Virus record (IMG/VR): IMGVR_UViG_3300046355_000213 | Span: 61,035-125,034 of that record | Length of the DNA stretch: 64,000 nucleotides | Origin: a virus | Direction: 5' to 3' (one strand) | Part shown: in pieces, positions 39,898 to 50,109 of the stretch | How the letters are laid out: each line of letters starts with the position of its first letter | Position numbering within the stretch: position 1 is the stretch's first letter | The notes under the pieces: generated by a model | Seen by the model: only the letters and a program-made list of their open reading frames with translations | What the model was told of the DNA's origin: nothing | Databases searched by the model: none | Translations under genes and position numbers: made by a program

Positions 39898-40125
39898 TTA
39901 GTCCACCATCAGTGAGTATAGGCTACGCTCTGTCAAGTCCTCCGGGTTCTTCTGTGCTCTGAGCTCAGCTTTAGCCAAATCTGCTTCTGTAAAGAGCAAA
40001 CACTTGGGGTTCTTTCCAGCAGCATCCTTCACCCAAATGGCGAAGTAGGCATCATTGACATTGGGATAGTTCACCTTCTTGGTGTTCTTTACCTTAACAA
40101 GTCTTCCTAGTCTGGTACTTTTCAT
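39898..40125 (-). CDS. Small basic hypothetical protein
   Basis: 75 aa, in operon orientation, fills the gap. Confidence 0.55.
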   Translation of the reverse strand: MKSTRLGRLVKVKNTKKVNYPNVNDAYFAIWVKDAAGKNPKCLLFTEADLAKAELRAQKNPEDLTERSLYSLMVD

Positions 40126-40146
40126 TGATGTTGGATTTTTCTTCTG

Positions 40147-40196
40147 TCCCTGTAAAGAGCTGCAAACTCTAGTGTTTCAGTGTGCTTACTACAGGG
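40147..40196 (-). ncRNA. tRNA-like minihelix element downstream of the capsid gene
   Basis: CCCTGTAG/TTACAGGG stem stacked on an AGAG-TTTGCAG-CTCT T-arm-like hairpin, ending ACA. Confidence 0.35.
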
Positions 40197-40278
40197 GGTC
40201 CTGGGATACTATCCACAGGAGGGGCACTTTGTTTGGTCATTCCCTGGGGAGTATTTCATCCCCAGGTAAGACCTATGA

Positions 40279-41898
40279 CTAGAATGATCCGCCAGTAACT
40301 GGGTTTCTCATTACAATCTTCAATACTTTAGTTGGATCTTTAACCCAAACAGCAGGCATTGTCTGCGTCATGAACACACGGTATCCATTGAACTGTCCAG
40401 ATGACTGGAAGCCTTGTGAACGACCCATGTAATCCATTGTACCGTTTTGGTAGAACCACTTCAATTGATTATCCCAGCTCAACTTCAATAAGTAAATATT
40501 GTCATTGTTATTATCTGTGATATCAAAGATGATGAAGTTGTAAGATGATAATGGGAAGCCATCAATGATAGGGTTCTCAATATCATTTGTGTGAATGTTG
40601 TCAAACGCAGGGTTCAATACAAACTTCACGTTAGCCAAGAATGGAATAACGTATTGAGTGTATGCAAAACCAAAGTTCAAGTCCATTCCTTTACCAGTGA
40701 TAGCACCTACTTCAGAAGCATTGATTACCAAGCCAGAGTTGATTGCCTCTTTCTTGATTGCTTCGTTGATAAGCTTCATACCACCTAAACCAGTTTGTAC
40801 AACTAGCTCACGCTTAGGATCTGGTCCTTGGAAATCAACTTTACCGTTGAAGAAGTTGAAGATCTCAGATTTGAACAAGTCAAGGTTGAATGAACCTTTG
40901 TTGTAGATACGCTTGTATGAGTTGTCAAGTTGTTTCCAAAGACCCACTGATAAGCGGATATCATCTGGTCCATCTTGCTTCACACGTCCACCTTGTCCCC
41001 ACATTAAGTAAGTCTCAATGTCAGTAGAGATTTTGCTCAAGTGAGCAGCTTCTAAAGTTGTTAAGAAAGTACGAGTCAATTGACCGTTCTCATAAGCCTT
41101 CTTCACATAGTCCTTACCCATCTTAGTCGCTAAGCCGTTAAGGTCTGTGATAGCCGGATCAATGCTCTTGTCAAATGAACGCCATAACTCAACAACTGGT
41201 ACAGTACCATCAGCCTTCATACCACCCTTCATCATCATGTCTGCACGAGATGAGATAGAGTAATGTACGTGTGCTTCAGCACCACCTACGTAGTTGTAGA
41301 ATTCACGGAATCCTGCAGATACTGTTCCTAAGTCAGAGAAACGCTCACCGTATTCACCACGAGCAGAACCCTTACGGAATACCTTTGTACCAGACTTCAA
41401 ATACTTGTTGTCTAAGAACTTAAGGTTGTCATTGTTTACCAATTGAACTGTGTAGATGAAACCGTCACCAGCAGGGATAATATCGTCTGCAGTGATGTAC
41501 ATCTCAGCACCATTGTATTTGTCATAAGTGATGATATCACCATGTCCAAACTGACGCTTGTTCAACTTGATCTTGAAAGTTTGACCATCTACACCTTTAG
41601 TGGCGTTAGCTGATTCAATATCTTCAGTGATATAAGGAAGGTCCTGTGCTACAGGAATCTGCCACTTATACTCACCACGTGCGTTATCTACCGAGATAAC
41701 ATTTTTGCCTCCGAATGATGACATCTGGTACAAAGGCATTTCTACCTTTTGTGCCATTGCCCACAGATCCACAGGACCTAAGTCCATTGGTTCTGCACTC
41801 TTCAGCAGGTTGGATAAATGGTATGAGTCTACGTGAGACGACGCTGCGTAGGTCGTGTCGCGTAAGAATATACCATTATTCAATACTGGAGTTGCCAT
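40279..41898 (-). CDS. Major capsid protein (crAss-like)
   Basis: 539 aa, MATPVLNNGIFLRDT N-terminus, GLWKQL motif; synteny portal-scaffold-capsid. Confidence 0.9.
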   Translation of the reverse strand: MATPVLNNGIFLRDTTYAASSHVDSYHLSNLLKSAEPMDLGPVDLWAMAQKVEMPLYQMSSFGGKNVISVDNARGEYKWQIPVAQDLPYITEDIESANATKGVDGQTFKIKLNKRQFGHGDIITYDKYNGAEMYITADDIIPAGDGFIYTVQLVNNDNLKFLDNKYLKSGTKVFRKGSARGEYGERFSDLGTVSAGFREFYNYVGGAEAHVHYSISSRADMMMKGGMKADGTVPVVELWRSFDKSIDPAITDLNGLATKMGKDYVKKAYENGQLTRTFLTTLEAAHLSKISTDIETYLMWGQGGRVKQDGPDDIRLSVGLWKQLDNSYKRIYNKGSFNLDLFKSEIFNFFNGKVDFQGPDPKRELVVQTGLGGMKLINEAIKKEAINSGLVINASEVGAITGKGMDLNFGFAYTQYVIPFLANVKFVLNPAFDNIHTNDIENPIIDGFPLSSYNFIIFDITDNNNDNIYLLKLSWDNQLKWFYQNGTMDYMGRSQGFQSSGQFNGYRVFMTQTMPAVWVKDPTKVLKIVMRNPVTGGSF

Positions 41899-41941
41899 GT
41901 TAATTGAAATGTTTAGGGTTAAGGATTATTATAAACTGTTA

Positions 41942-43207
41942 CTATCTTCTAAAAATGTTAGTACTGCGTGGGATCTTGCGGGCAGTGCTTCTTGATGCAG
42001 GCTCATCGCTGTCATCAAATGAAGTGGAGGTTTTACGGGCCTGCTCTGTCTTTAATTGTCTCACTGTGGCTTCAACAGCTTTGCTGCTGCCTTGCTTTCT
42101 TAATTGCTCTCTGTATGCATCCGGATCTGATAATAACCAGAGTGCTTCAGCAATAAGCGGGTAATTGGGCTCAACAAACTGATGCTTCTCTAAAAGGTGA
42201 CCTAGTTGGTTGGTTGGTCTGCCGGAGATAGATGGGTAGTTGGGTTGTACCAGGCCGGTGTATAAAGACGCTTGTGTCTTCTTGTCCAGTTTTAAGCCAT
42301 TGATTTCTGCTGCTCTTAATGCTTCAAAGACATTGTCCATATAAGCTTGTGCAGCTTGTTGCTGTTGCTGATTGCGGACCTCCTGTTCTTCAATTTGGTT
42401 CTGCACAATCTGCTCCTGCATCTGGTCAAGCTTTGGCTTGAACTGCTTGGCTTTCTTTTCCAATACACCTAAGTCTTTCCAGGTGTTAAGCTCCTCATCA
42501 ATCTCTTCCGGGGAACCAAAGTTGGTTGCCTGCAGATAAGAGCGGATGATGCCTTCCTGGTCTCCTTCAGCTGTTGGATCTAAGTCACGTACTTGTTCTA
42601 CCTGAGCCAGTGCCTGGAAAAGACCTTTTAAGTCTTGTCCGCCATCCATTACATACTTTGCAGCGTACTGCAGTTCATCAGGCAGAGATTCAAAGAATTC
42701 TTTTGGTGTGCTTGAAGCAACCTCACTCTTGAGGTTATCAACGTTAGCTTTCCAAAGCTCATCCATATCTTTCTCTGAAAGCGTGCCCAGGTAATCATCA
42801 AGTGATTGCTTAGACTCATCGTAGTCATCAAAGGCAAACATTTCCTTTGACTCAATGCGCTTCTTGAAGAACTCAACTAAGCCAGACTTTTCTGTCTTAG
42901 GTCTTCCACCTTTACCTTTAGCAGGCTCATCCTGGTCATCTGAGTTATCATCACTCAGTTTACCAAATAAGTCATCCACATCTACAGGAGCGGGAGGAGT
43001 TTTACCTGCATCATCTGAATCATCATCAGCAGCAGGTGTATCTTTTTTGTCAACAAAGCTCAAGTCAACGTCTTTGTCTTGAGAGAACATGTTAGGCTTA
43101 GGATCTTCTTGCGGAGTAACAATGCTGTCTGCTCCTGGAGCTCCTAACCAGCTATCAATATCAAGGTCTACTGTCTTTACAGTAGTATTATCAGCTGCGG
43201 TTTGCAT
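41942..43207 (-). CDS. Acidic scaffold-like protein upstream of the capsid gene
   Basis: 421 aa, D/E-rich with coiled coils; between portal and capsid genes. Confidence 0.65.
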   Translation of the reverse strand: MQTAADNTTVKTVDLDIDSWLGAPGADSIVTPQEDPKPNMFSQDKDVDLSFVDKKDTPAADDDSDDAGKTPPAPVDVDDLFGKLSDDNSDDQDEPAKGKGGRPKTEKSGLVEFFKKRIESKEMFAFDDYDESKQSLDDYLGTLSEKDMDELWKANVDNLKSEVASSTPKEFFESLPDELQYAAKYVMDGGQDLKGLFQALAQVEQVRDLDPTAEGDQEGIIRSYLQATNFGSPEEIDEELNTWKDLGVLEKKAKQFKPKLDQMQEQIVQNQIEEQEVRNQQQQQAAQAYMDNVFEALRAAEINGLKLDKKTQASLYTGLVQPNYPSISGRPTNQLGHLLEKHQFVEPNYPLIAEALWLLSDPDAYREQLRKQGSSKAVEATVRQLKTEQARKTSTSFDDSDEPASRSTARKIPRSTNIFRR

Positions 43208-43239
43208 AGGGTTGGTTGGTTTGGTTTTCTGTGTATCGC

Positions 43240-43255
43240 TACATTAATAATATAC
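43240..43255 (-). promoter_or_regulatory. Late promoter motif GTATATTATTAATGTA
   Basis: Same core as the copy at 1701; followed by an AACCAAACCAACC leader. Confidence 0.7.
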
Positions 43256-43325
43256 ACAATTAAACCTCAAAAATTTGCAGCTCAAACCCTTGCTGTACCT
43301 GACCTGCGGACTATATGGCTATAGA

Positions 43326-46064
43326 TTATTTTTCTTTTTTTGGTGCGTCATACTTGTTCTTGTTAGTACGCGCTATTTCAAGTTGTTTTTGGGCAATACT
43401 CTCTTGTGAGCGTAATTTCTCCCGGTCTATGTTCATCTTCTCCTGGGCTGTGCGGCCTTTGTTTATTTCCTGCTCGCGCTTGAAGTTCATCTGCTCCTGG
43501 TATTGACCTTGCTGACGAATGTCTTTCATGGCATCCTGGTAGTCACCTACCTGGTTTTGATTAAGGTCAACGGATGCACCGTAACCTGCAGAGCGGATCT
43601 CAGCTACTGTGATGTCCTTCTGAATCATCTTGTCATCACGGTCAGCTGCAGCCTGGATCTCCATCTGCTTAGCTTTCTCCTGAGCGGCAAGCATTTCCTG
43701 CTGCATGGTTTGCTGCTGTTGTAACTCTGCCTGTTTCTGAGACTGAGATTTCTCTTCAGCAGATTTCAATACGTGGGTGATCTCTGCAATAGAGTCTGCC
43801 TTGATCAAATTACCCAAGTCATATATGGATGCACCGGAAGTGTTGTTACTCATGGCCAGTTGCTTTAACTGTTCCATGATCTGACGCTGGTTGGTCTTAG
43901 TTGTACAGAACACATTGAGCTCTCTAAGCAATAGGTCAGTACCATTCATCTGGAAGTTTACCTTCTCATCTGAGGAAGTAACATATTGCAGTCGTAAACT
44001 TGGCTTCTGGGAGTGATAGTACTGTGACAGATCAGTTCTCATTTCATGGACACGCGGCATCAGATAGTCTGAGTGCTGCGTAAAGTAAACCTCTGTCTGT
44101 GCGTAAGAAGAGTTCACAGCCTGGTCAATGCCTGTGGCTGATTGACGGCCTATCTCCTGGCCCAGACGTTGCGGTGTTAAGCCAATGGTTTCAAAAGCCT
44201 GTTGCTTGAAATAATTGGCCAACTGGATACGCGACATCAGTCTGTTTGTCTGCTCCAGGTTAAGTACCTGGTAGTGCTGGAATGCCAGCGGATTTTCTGT
44301 ATTGGTAATGGTTGTATCCAGCGGTAACATCTGGAAGTCCTTCATGGCCACATAAGCTTTAGCCAGGTTGTTCTTGCCCCAGTCTTCGCCCATAGAGTGA
44401 CGTGGAAGCGCGTTCTGGTCAAACATGATCACTGTTCCCAGCTCGTCTACTAAGATGTCTGCAATTTGGTTATTTACCACGTTGTATCCAATCTGGAAAG
44501 GCTTCATCAGGTCTACCATAGCCACAGAACGTGTGTTACGGTCAGAGAATACAGATCCTTCTACCGGAAGCTTGCAACCATACAGGGTAGCATCCCCCTT
44601 AAACTGGAATGGTACTCTGCCTGGCTTGCCTCCGTTCATACCCAGGTACATAGGATTCAATCCCCCAGGGTTATTTTGTCCCCAGAAAGCAGGACGGTTA
44701 GGGCCGATCTTTACACCACCCCAGGTCTCATTGATCCAGATCCAGTCAATGTGCTCACCAAAGAGTAAGTTGTCTTTGCTCTTCTCCTTGTACACTACTG
44801 TGTTGTACATGGGCTTATCTGTGACTTTGTAGTCTTCACCAATGATAGCCTGGATCATGTTGCCTTCCTCATCAATTCTGGTCAGGTGGCCTACCTTGCG
44901 TTGGCTTTTCCAATAAATAGTGGATACGCGTAGCAGGTGGGTTTTACCAAAGTCTACGGTATCTTCTGAGTCTGAAAGTATCCACTCTACAATATCGCCT
45001 GTGCCAAACTGTGTGTCATACAAAGAAGTAAATTGTCTGTATGCCAAAGAAGGCATCTGTGTATTCCATTCATGTGAACGGGTTCCGTCATAGAAAGAAC
45101 CGTCATTTTGTTTACCGCCTACGGCATAACCTGCAGCACGTACCGGGTACAGGGTTTCCAAAGACTCCATTTGCTCCTGATCCATCATCCAGCCAAACTG
45201 GTCAATCACATCAGAGACACTCATAAGGTCAATCTTTCCCACCCAGTTGCCCTGAGAGATATAGCGTACATCCGGGCTCTTATGGTAGAATGTCAATAAC
45301 GGGTTCCACAGCTCCAGGTCATAGTCATTCTCATTCATCTTGAAGTGCCAGAACTCGCGGTCTGTAATCAAGCTGTCTCTAAAGGCACGCTCTTCCAGCT
45401 CCTGCATTCTGAAACGCTCCTCATCAACATTCTGCTGGTGGGTAGCCCACTCCTCAATCATGGACCGGTAGTTCTTTTTGAAGAACTGCTCAATCTCCGG
45501 CAGTGTCATCAGGTTCTCTTTGCTAAGCTGCTGCTGAGATTCTTCAGACTCCATATCAGCACCCATGGCTAAAAGCTGTTGGCTGATCTTTTGCTGAGCC
45601 TGTTGTAGTAATACCTGCTCAATCATTTCCCGTTTCTCCTCCATCATCTCATTGTATGAAAGGTCATCTACGGCTCTGAAAGTAATCTTGCTGGCACGCT
45701 TGGAAAACTCCCCACACAGTACGTTAATTACGTTGGGAATGATAGGATAAAACTTAAGTTCAAATGCACTGGCATCTTCCTTTGTCAATACGTCAATGAG
45801 GTCACTCATCTCATTGTTCTCATCGGGCAGATAATCACTCTTGTCAATAATACCTTTAGCCAGGTTATAGTTCTTCATCAACCTGCGAGCATTTCTGCGC
45901 AGCTGCTTCATACCCTGGAATTCCAGCCAGTCTAAACAATGAGCTTTCCACTCATCATCTTTCTGCTTCTCTGGTAAGAACTGAACGGGCTGGGTGAGTG
46001 ATCCCATCTTATTCAGCTCGGTCTTTGTACCAGCTTTGGCCTGCATTGCATTAAAAACCTGCAT
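43326..46064 (-). CDS. Portal protein
   Basis: 912 aa; FYPIIPNVINVLCGE, MVDLMKPFQIGYN, IGLTPQRLGQ motifs and C-terminal coiled coil. Confidence 0.9.
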   Translation of the reverse strand: MQVFNAMQAKAGTKTELNKMGSLTQPVQFLPEKQKDDEWKAHCLDWLEFQGMKQLRRNARRLMKNYNLAKGIIDKSDYLPDENNEMSDLIDVLTKEDASAFELKFYPIIPNVINVLCGEFSKRASKITFRAVDDLSYNEMMEEKREMIEQVLLQQAQQKISQQLLAMGADMESEESQQQLSKENLMTLPEIEQFFKKNYRSMIEEWATHQQNVDEERFRMQELEERAFRDSLITDREFWHFKMNENDYDLELWNPLLTFYHKSPDVRYISQGNWVGKIDLMSVSDVIDQFGWMMDQEQMESLETLYPVRAAGYAVGGKQNDGSFYDGTRSHEWNTQMPSLAYRQFTSLYDTQFGTGDIVEWILSDSEDTVDFGKTHLLRVSTIYWKSQRKVGHLTRIDEEGNMIQAIIGEDYKVTDKPMYNTVVYKEKSKDNLLFGEHIDWIWINETWGGVKIGPNRPAFWGQNNPGGLNPMYLGMNGGKPGRVPFQFKGDATLYGCKLPVEGSVFSDRNTRSVAMVDLMKPFQIGYNVVNNQIADILVDELGTVIMFDQNALPRHSMGEDWGKNNLAKAYVAMKDFQMLPLDTTITNTENPLAFQHYQVLNLEQTNRLMSRIQLANYFKQQAFETIGLTPQRLGQEIGRQSATGIDQAVNSSYAQTEVYFTQHSDYLMPRVHEMRTDLSQYYHSQKPSLRLQYVTSSDEKVNFQMNGTDLLLRELNVFCTTKTNQRQIMEQLKQLAMSNNTSGASIYDLGNLIKADSIAEITHVLKSAEEKSQSQKQAELQQQQTMQQEMLAAQEKAKQMEIQAAADRDDKMIQKDITVAEIRSAGYGASVDLNQNQVGDYQDAMKDIRQQGQYQEQMNFKREQEINKGRTAQEKMNIDREKLRSQESIAQKQLEIARTNKNKYDAPKKEK

Positions 46065-46077
46065 TTATTCTTATAGT

Positions 46078-46404
46078 TTAGTCAGTGTTCTCATTGATTG
46101 AGCCAACTGTATTTGTTAAAGTAGCTCCCTGGGGAAGAGTTGTTGTAGTTGTTGTACCGCCAGTACTTGTCCCGAATGTAAGGTTGGGTACAGTTATAGT
46201 GCCTGTCCCTGGATAATTGTATGTTCTTGGTGGGTAATTTAGTCCGCCCCATTGTGTGCTTGAAGAAGAAATATTAATCTCAGGCTGCACAATGTCTGCG
46301 TCTAGCAACATCAACGCTTCCTGAAGTGTGATTACATGGGCATCAATGCACTTGGCAAGGATGTCAATTTTTTGCTTATGCCTTTCTTGATTTTCCATTT
46401 GCAT
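46078..46404 (-). CDS. Hypothetical protein with Thr-rich C-terminus
   Basis: Fills the gap between phoH and portal in operon orientation. Confidence 0.5.
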   Translation of the reverse strand: MQMENQERHKQKIDILAKCIDAHVITLQEALMLLDADIVQPEINISSSSTQWGGLNYPPRTYNYPGTGTITVPNLTFGTSTGGTTTTTTLPQGATLTNTVGSINENTD

Positions 46405-47110
46405 TGTGTTCTAAGAGTTCATCATATTTATCAAGCATTGCTTCCACAACAGGATGTCTGTGGTTGGTTGCAAGTACTACTGATTCACAGTCTTTGACCT
46501 TGTTGGCAATAGACAACAGGGCTTTAAAACCACTGTCACCCCGGGACTTTAAATCTACCTGGGCAGTGTCTCCGCAGATAATCATCTTACTGCGAATACC
46601 CAGGCGGGAGATGATCATAATCATGTTCTCATTGGTGCAGTTCTGCGCCTCATCAACAATGACCACGCTATCAAGGAATGTTCTACCACGCATGAAGGCA
46701 AGGGGTACAATCTCTACCAGTTCATCCTTGATGACTGCATTGACTTTCTCCTTGTTGTATAGTTGGTAGAAGTTAGAATAGATGGGCTGCATCCAGGGCT
46801 CCATCTTTTGATTCAGGTCACCAGGCAAAAAGCCAATCTCTTCTTTAGAGACTGTAGGACGGGTAATCACAATCTTCTTCACCTGCTTCTTAAATAGAAG
46901 ATCCAGCGCTACCTGACATGCCAGTAATGTTTTACCACTACCTGCCTGCCCTGATAGCACCGTAAGGGTGTTATTGAGTATGACCTCCTTTGCTGCTTTC
47001 TGTTCCTCGTTAAGCTGAAGTTGAAACTTGATAGGGCCTTTCTTATCAGCCTTTTCGTCCTCAATCTGCCGAGTTATCTCAGCATGCTTGGCACTTCTGT
47101 TTTCTCCCAT
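46376..47110 (-). CDS. phoH: PhoH-family ATPase
   Basis: GQAGSGKT Walker A, GFLPGD, AFMRGRT, DEAQN, GDTAQVD motifs. Confidence 0.95.
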   Translation of the reverse strand: MGENRSAKHAEITRQIEDEKADKKGPIKFQLQLNEEQKAAKEVILNNTLTVLSGQAGSGKTLLACQVALDLLFKKQVKKIVITRPTVSKEEIGFLPGDLNQKMEPWMQPIYSNFYQLYNKEKVNAVIKDELVEIVPLAFMRGRTFLDSVVIVDEAQNCTNENMIMIISRLGIRSKMIICGDTAQVDLKSRGDSGFKALLSIANKVKDCESVVLATNHRHPVVEAMLDKYDELLEHNANGKSRKA

Positions 47111-47117
47111 AGGGGGC

Positions 47118-49322
47118 TTATCTTATATTTCTAAAAGGATTTCGGGACGGTCTGGCAGTAGTAGAATTGCCATTGTTTGTACCCATGTGTCTAAAAGGAG
47201 ACCTCATAGATAATTTACTCATTTTTTGCGAGTTCTCCAATTTATCATTGACGACTTCCACTCTTTTTGCTATACCCCTGTTACTTTTTTGCACGTTCAC
47301 AAAAGCTACAAGAGCACAAAATGTTACAAGCCGGTCAACGTTGAGCCCAGGTATATACACTGACATTTCTTTTAAGAGCATTGGGTCAGGTATTCTCTCC
47401 ACTCCGTAGGTTATTTTGGTGACGTTGCCGTCATCATCAGCATCTACGTGCAGCTCTTCCTGCAGGAATTCAATCCCGTAGTTTAACAAGTGCTGCTTAA
47501 ATAGAGTTCCCGTATTCTTCCACCCGTATTCTGAATACACAGAGCGGTTAGCACCCAGGTCTTTGAGGTACAGGATCTGGTCTTTAGGAACCATGTACTT
47601 CTGTTTTCTACGTGATATCATGTACTGGATAAACAAAGACACGTTGTTCTCTATCAGGGTCCAGGCATTGTAGGTCTCAATGATCATTTCCAACCGCTCG
47701 TGGGTTTTCTTTAAGTCATCATAGCGACCTGTCCAGGTACACACAATGCCATCTTTTTCCACATAGGTGCTGACCTTCCCATTACCCTCATCCCGTGTTA
47801 CCTGTATCTCGTTCTTATAAACTATGATTGAACACAAAGAGTCTGAAGTAGTAGTCTTGCCTTCACCCACGGGGTCAATGCTGGCGTAATAGGTTCCCCA
47901 GGGCACATTAGGTATGGGCCTTTCCCACATACAGATCACCCCTTCTTTGTTCTCCGTCTTCATACTGATGGGAAACTCCATAATGGGCAGCTTGTTAGAG
48001 TGCTTGATGACAATCTTGTCATTACCATCACGGGTCATATCCACGTACTCTACCGGGTACTCTTTTTCCTGGATACGTTGTAGCTGTTTGGATACAAGGT
48101 GGGTAGGGAACTTGGCCTCTTTGCGGGATGCAAAAGCCTCTTCAATGTTTCTGGGATGCTGTGAAATTTCCAGCTGGTAGTCCTTGGGATCAAGGTCTTT
48201 TTTCTTTTTGGCAAAGTATTCATCCAGGGCAATTAACGCTTCTTTGACCAGGGAGTTACCATGAGTGTCAATGTACGGAGGCATACTCCACTGCTCGGGA
48301 ATAAATAGTCCTGTTTTACCTAGTGTGCCGTCTTTGTCAATAATGTCTGAGTCTACCGCATAGAAACTATTGGCAGAGGGCTCCAGGATGTATTTCTTTA
48401 AAGGTTCACATTGGTCCAAATCACCGACAGATCCTGCACAGATAAACATACCTGTGGTAAGGAAACCGGATTGTAAGGCTGGTTTAATGAAACCGTAGGT
48501 ATCATCCATCTTTGGGGCAATACCGGCCTCCTCGTGAAAGAAGTAAGTTACCGGTCCACCGACACCGTTAGTAGGGTCTTTCTCAAAAGAGTATGAGTTA
48601 ATGGTTGACTTGAGTCCCTTGTAGGTATTTCTGCCATTGACACGTACCTGAATACGCTGTTGCCAGGCTCCTACTTTTTCCGGTTCCAGCGGTCTGTACC
48701 AGGCAGTGTGTTCGTTCAAGAAGTTCTTGTACTCATCCAGGAATTTCCAGGTTCCTTTTTCATTGATGTAGTCTTTTAGACTAGCTCCCATTTTAAGCAC
48801 CGCTCCTTCTTCAAACCAAAAGGTGTTGATGAGTTTAGCGGCATGGAAATAAGAAGAGGCTATCTGACGTTTTTTTAAGATAACAGCGTGCTCATAATGT
48901 AGCTCGGCCAATTGCTCGTATAGAGCCATGTGATACTGAGCGTCACGGATCTTGGCAAAGTCAAACTTCTTCTCTTCTTTGTCATAAATGGGTAGAAAAT
49001 TAAGCCACATGTAATAGTCCCGGCTGACATACCAGGACTTGTTGCCACTTTTTACAATTACACCGTTACGGCATTTTTCTTTTTGGTCATTCCAGTAGAA
49101 CACAAAGTCCTTGCTCTTAAAAGGAGCGTTGCAGAAATATCCCTGCTGTTGGAATAAGATGGACTGCTCCTTAAAAATAGCAGAAGACACATCATCAAAC
49201 TCATACTTACCAGGTTCTTTGAAGCAGGACTTTACAAAGTCCCTGAACTCTTCCCTGCTTTGAAACAAGGTGGTTGTCCAGTGGCCGCTATCATAGGTTG
49301 GTACTTCTTTATAAAAACTCAT
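47118..49322 (-). CDS. terL: Terminase large subunit
   Basis: LKKRQIASSY Walker-A variant, FFHEEAG Walker B, ASIDPV and NVDR RNase H-like nuclease motifs. Confidence 0.9.
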   Translation of the reverse strand: MSFYKEVPTYDSGHWTTTLFQSREEFRDFVKSCFKEPGKYEFDDVSSAIFKEQSILFQQQGYFCNAPFKSKDFVFYWNDQKEKCRNGVIVKSGNKSWYVSRDYYMWLNFLPIYDKEEKKFDFAKIRDAQYHMALYEQLAELHYEHAVILKKRQIASSYFHAAKLINTFWFEEGAVLKMGASLKDYINEKGTWKFLDEYKNFLNEHTAWYRPLEPEKVGAWQQRIQVRVNGRNTYKGLKSTINSYSFEKDPTNGVGGPVTYFFHEEAGIAPKMDDTYGFIKPALQSGFLTTGMFICAGSVGDLDQCEPLKKYILEPSANSFYAVDSDIIDKDGTLGKTGLFIPEQWSMPPYIDTHGNSLVKEALIALDEYFAKKKKDLDPKDYQLEISQHPRNIEEAFASRKEAKFPTHLVSKQLQRIQEKEYPVEYVDMTRDGNDKIVIKHSNKLPIMEFPISMKTENKEGVICMWERPIPNVPWGTYYASIDPVGEGKTTTSDSLCSIIVYKNEIQVTRDEGNGKVSTYVEKDGIVCTWTGRYDDLKKTHERLEMIIETYNAWTLIENNVSLFIQYMISRRKQKYMVPKDQILYLKDLGANRSVYSEYGWKNTGTLFKQHLLNYGIEFLQEELHVDADDDGNVTKITYGVERIPDPMLLKEMSVYIPGLNVDRLVTFCALVAFVNVQKSNRGIAKRVEVVNDKLENSQKMSKLSMRSPFRHMGTNNGNSTTARPSRNPFRNIR

Positions 49323-49741
49323 AGGTATGCTTCCATAGTTTTTTCCATCAGGTAGCCTATCAGGTAAGCATAAGCTTCATCTGATCCGTCCACCAATGTT
49401 AACCCCCGGTAATCCAGGATAAAGTCTGTAGCATGAAAGAGTTCATGTACCAGGGTGTTATAATCTCTGGGATCTTTGAGGTCGCTGTACATGCGGATAA
49501 TTACATTACCCTGGATATGTGCGGTCTTGCCTTGTTCCTGGACAATCTGCTGGGCTACAAGATCACATGCTGACTGTGCAGCCTGTTTGTCTGCCCTGTC
49601 CCATATTTTCATGTAGGACCGGATAAACTCTGCATCTGTCTGGTTTATGGAGACTGTTACATAGCCCCCGTAAATAGGTAAACCAATAACAGTGAAGCAT
49701 TTTTTAGCTCTTCTCTGTACTTTCTTTTTGCGAACCGTCAT
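49319..49741 (-). CDS. Small HExxH zincin-like metalloprotein
   Basis: LVHELFH...DEAYAYL motif. Confidence 0.6.
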   Translation of the reverse strand: MTVRKKKVQRRAKKCFTVIGLPIYGGYVTVSINQTDAEFIRSYMKIWDRADKQAAQSACDLVAQQIVQEQGKTAHIQGNVIIRMYSDLKDPRDYNTLVHELFHATDFILDYRGLTLVDGSDEAYAYLIGYLMEKTMEAYL

Positions 49742-49919
49742 CAGTAAACATGGACAAGAGTGGATTTATAGTTTTGGCGTAGACTACACTGTCATACGGG
49801 GCATTACCATTGAGGTATTGCATGTAAAAATCCCGGTGTACACAAGCCCATTGTTTGGTGTACGGGTTAAAGTGAAAGACATGTTGTTGGATTTCTTCAT
49901 TCATAAATTTCCCAGTCAT
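49704..49919 (-). CDS. Hypothetical protein
   Basis: VFHFNPYTKQW motif; fits operon spacing. Confidence 0.55.
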   Translation of the reverse strand: MTGKFMNEEIQQHVFHFNPYTKQWACVHRDFYMQYLNGNAPYDSVVYAKTINPLLSMFTDDGSQKESTEKS

Positions 49920-50109
49920 TAGCTAAAAGGTCATCGTCAGCATTCACATAAATACTCTTGGAATACTGGTCGCACTTGTAAATTTTCTTTTCAAATCCCA
50001 CCCCATTTACTGGAGTGATATAAAGCTTGATGTAAGTATCAGGCTTCCAATCTGGTCTTCGCATTTTATGCCCAAAAAGCATCTGCTCCAGCACTTCTCC
50101 AAAATTCAT
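49897..50109 (-). CDS. DUF2829 / Tad2-like protein (putative cyclic-nucleotide sponge)
   Basis: MNFGEVLE...GHKMRRPDW...DDLLANDW signature. Confidence 0.65.
   Translation of the reverse strand: MNFGEVLEQMLFGHKMRRPDWKPDTYIKLYITPVNGVGFEKKIYKCDQYSKSIYVNADDDLLANDWEIYE

Noticed and set aside
47118-49322. Intron or intein in the terminase
   Set aside because: Single uninterrupted 734-aa ORF with no intein motifs noticed
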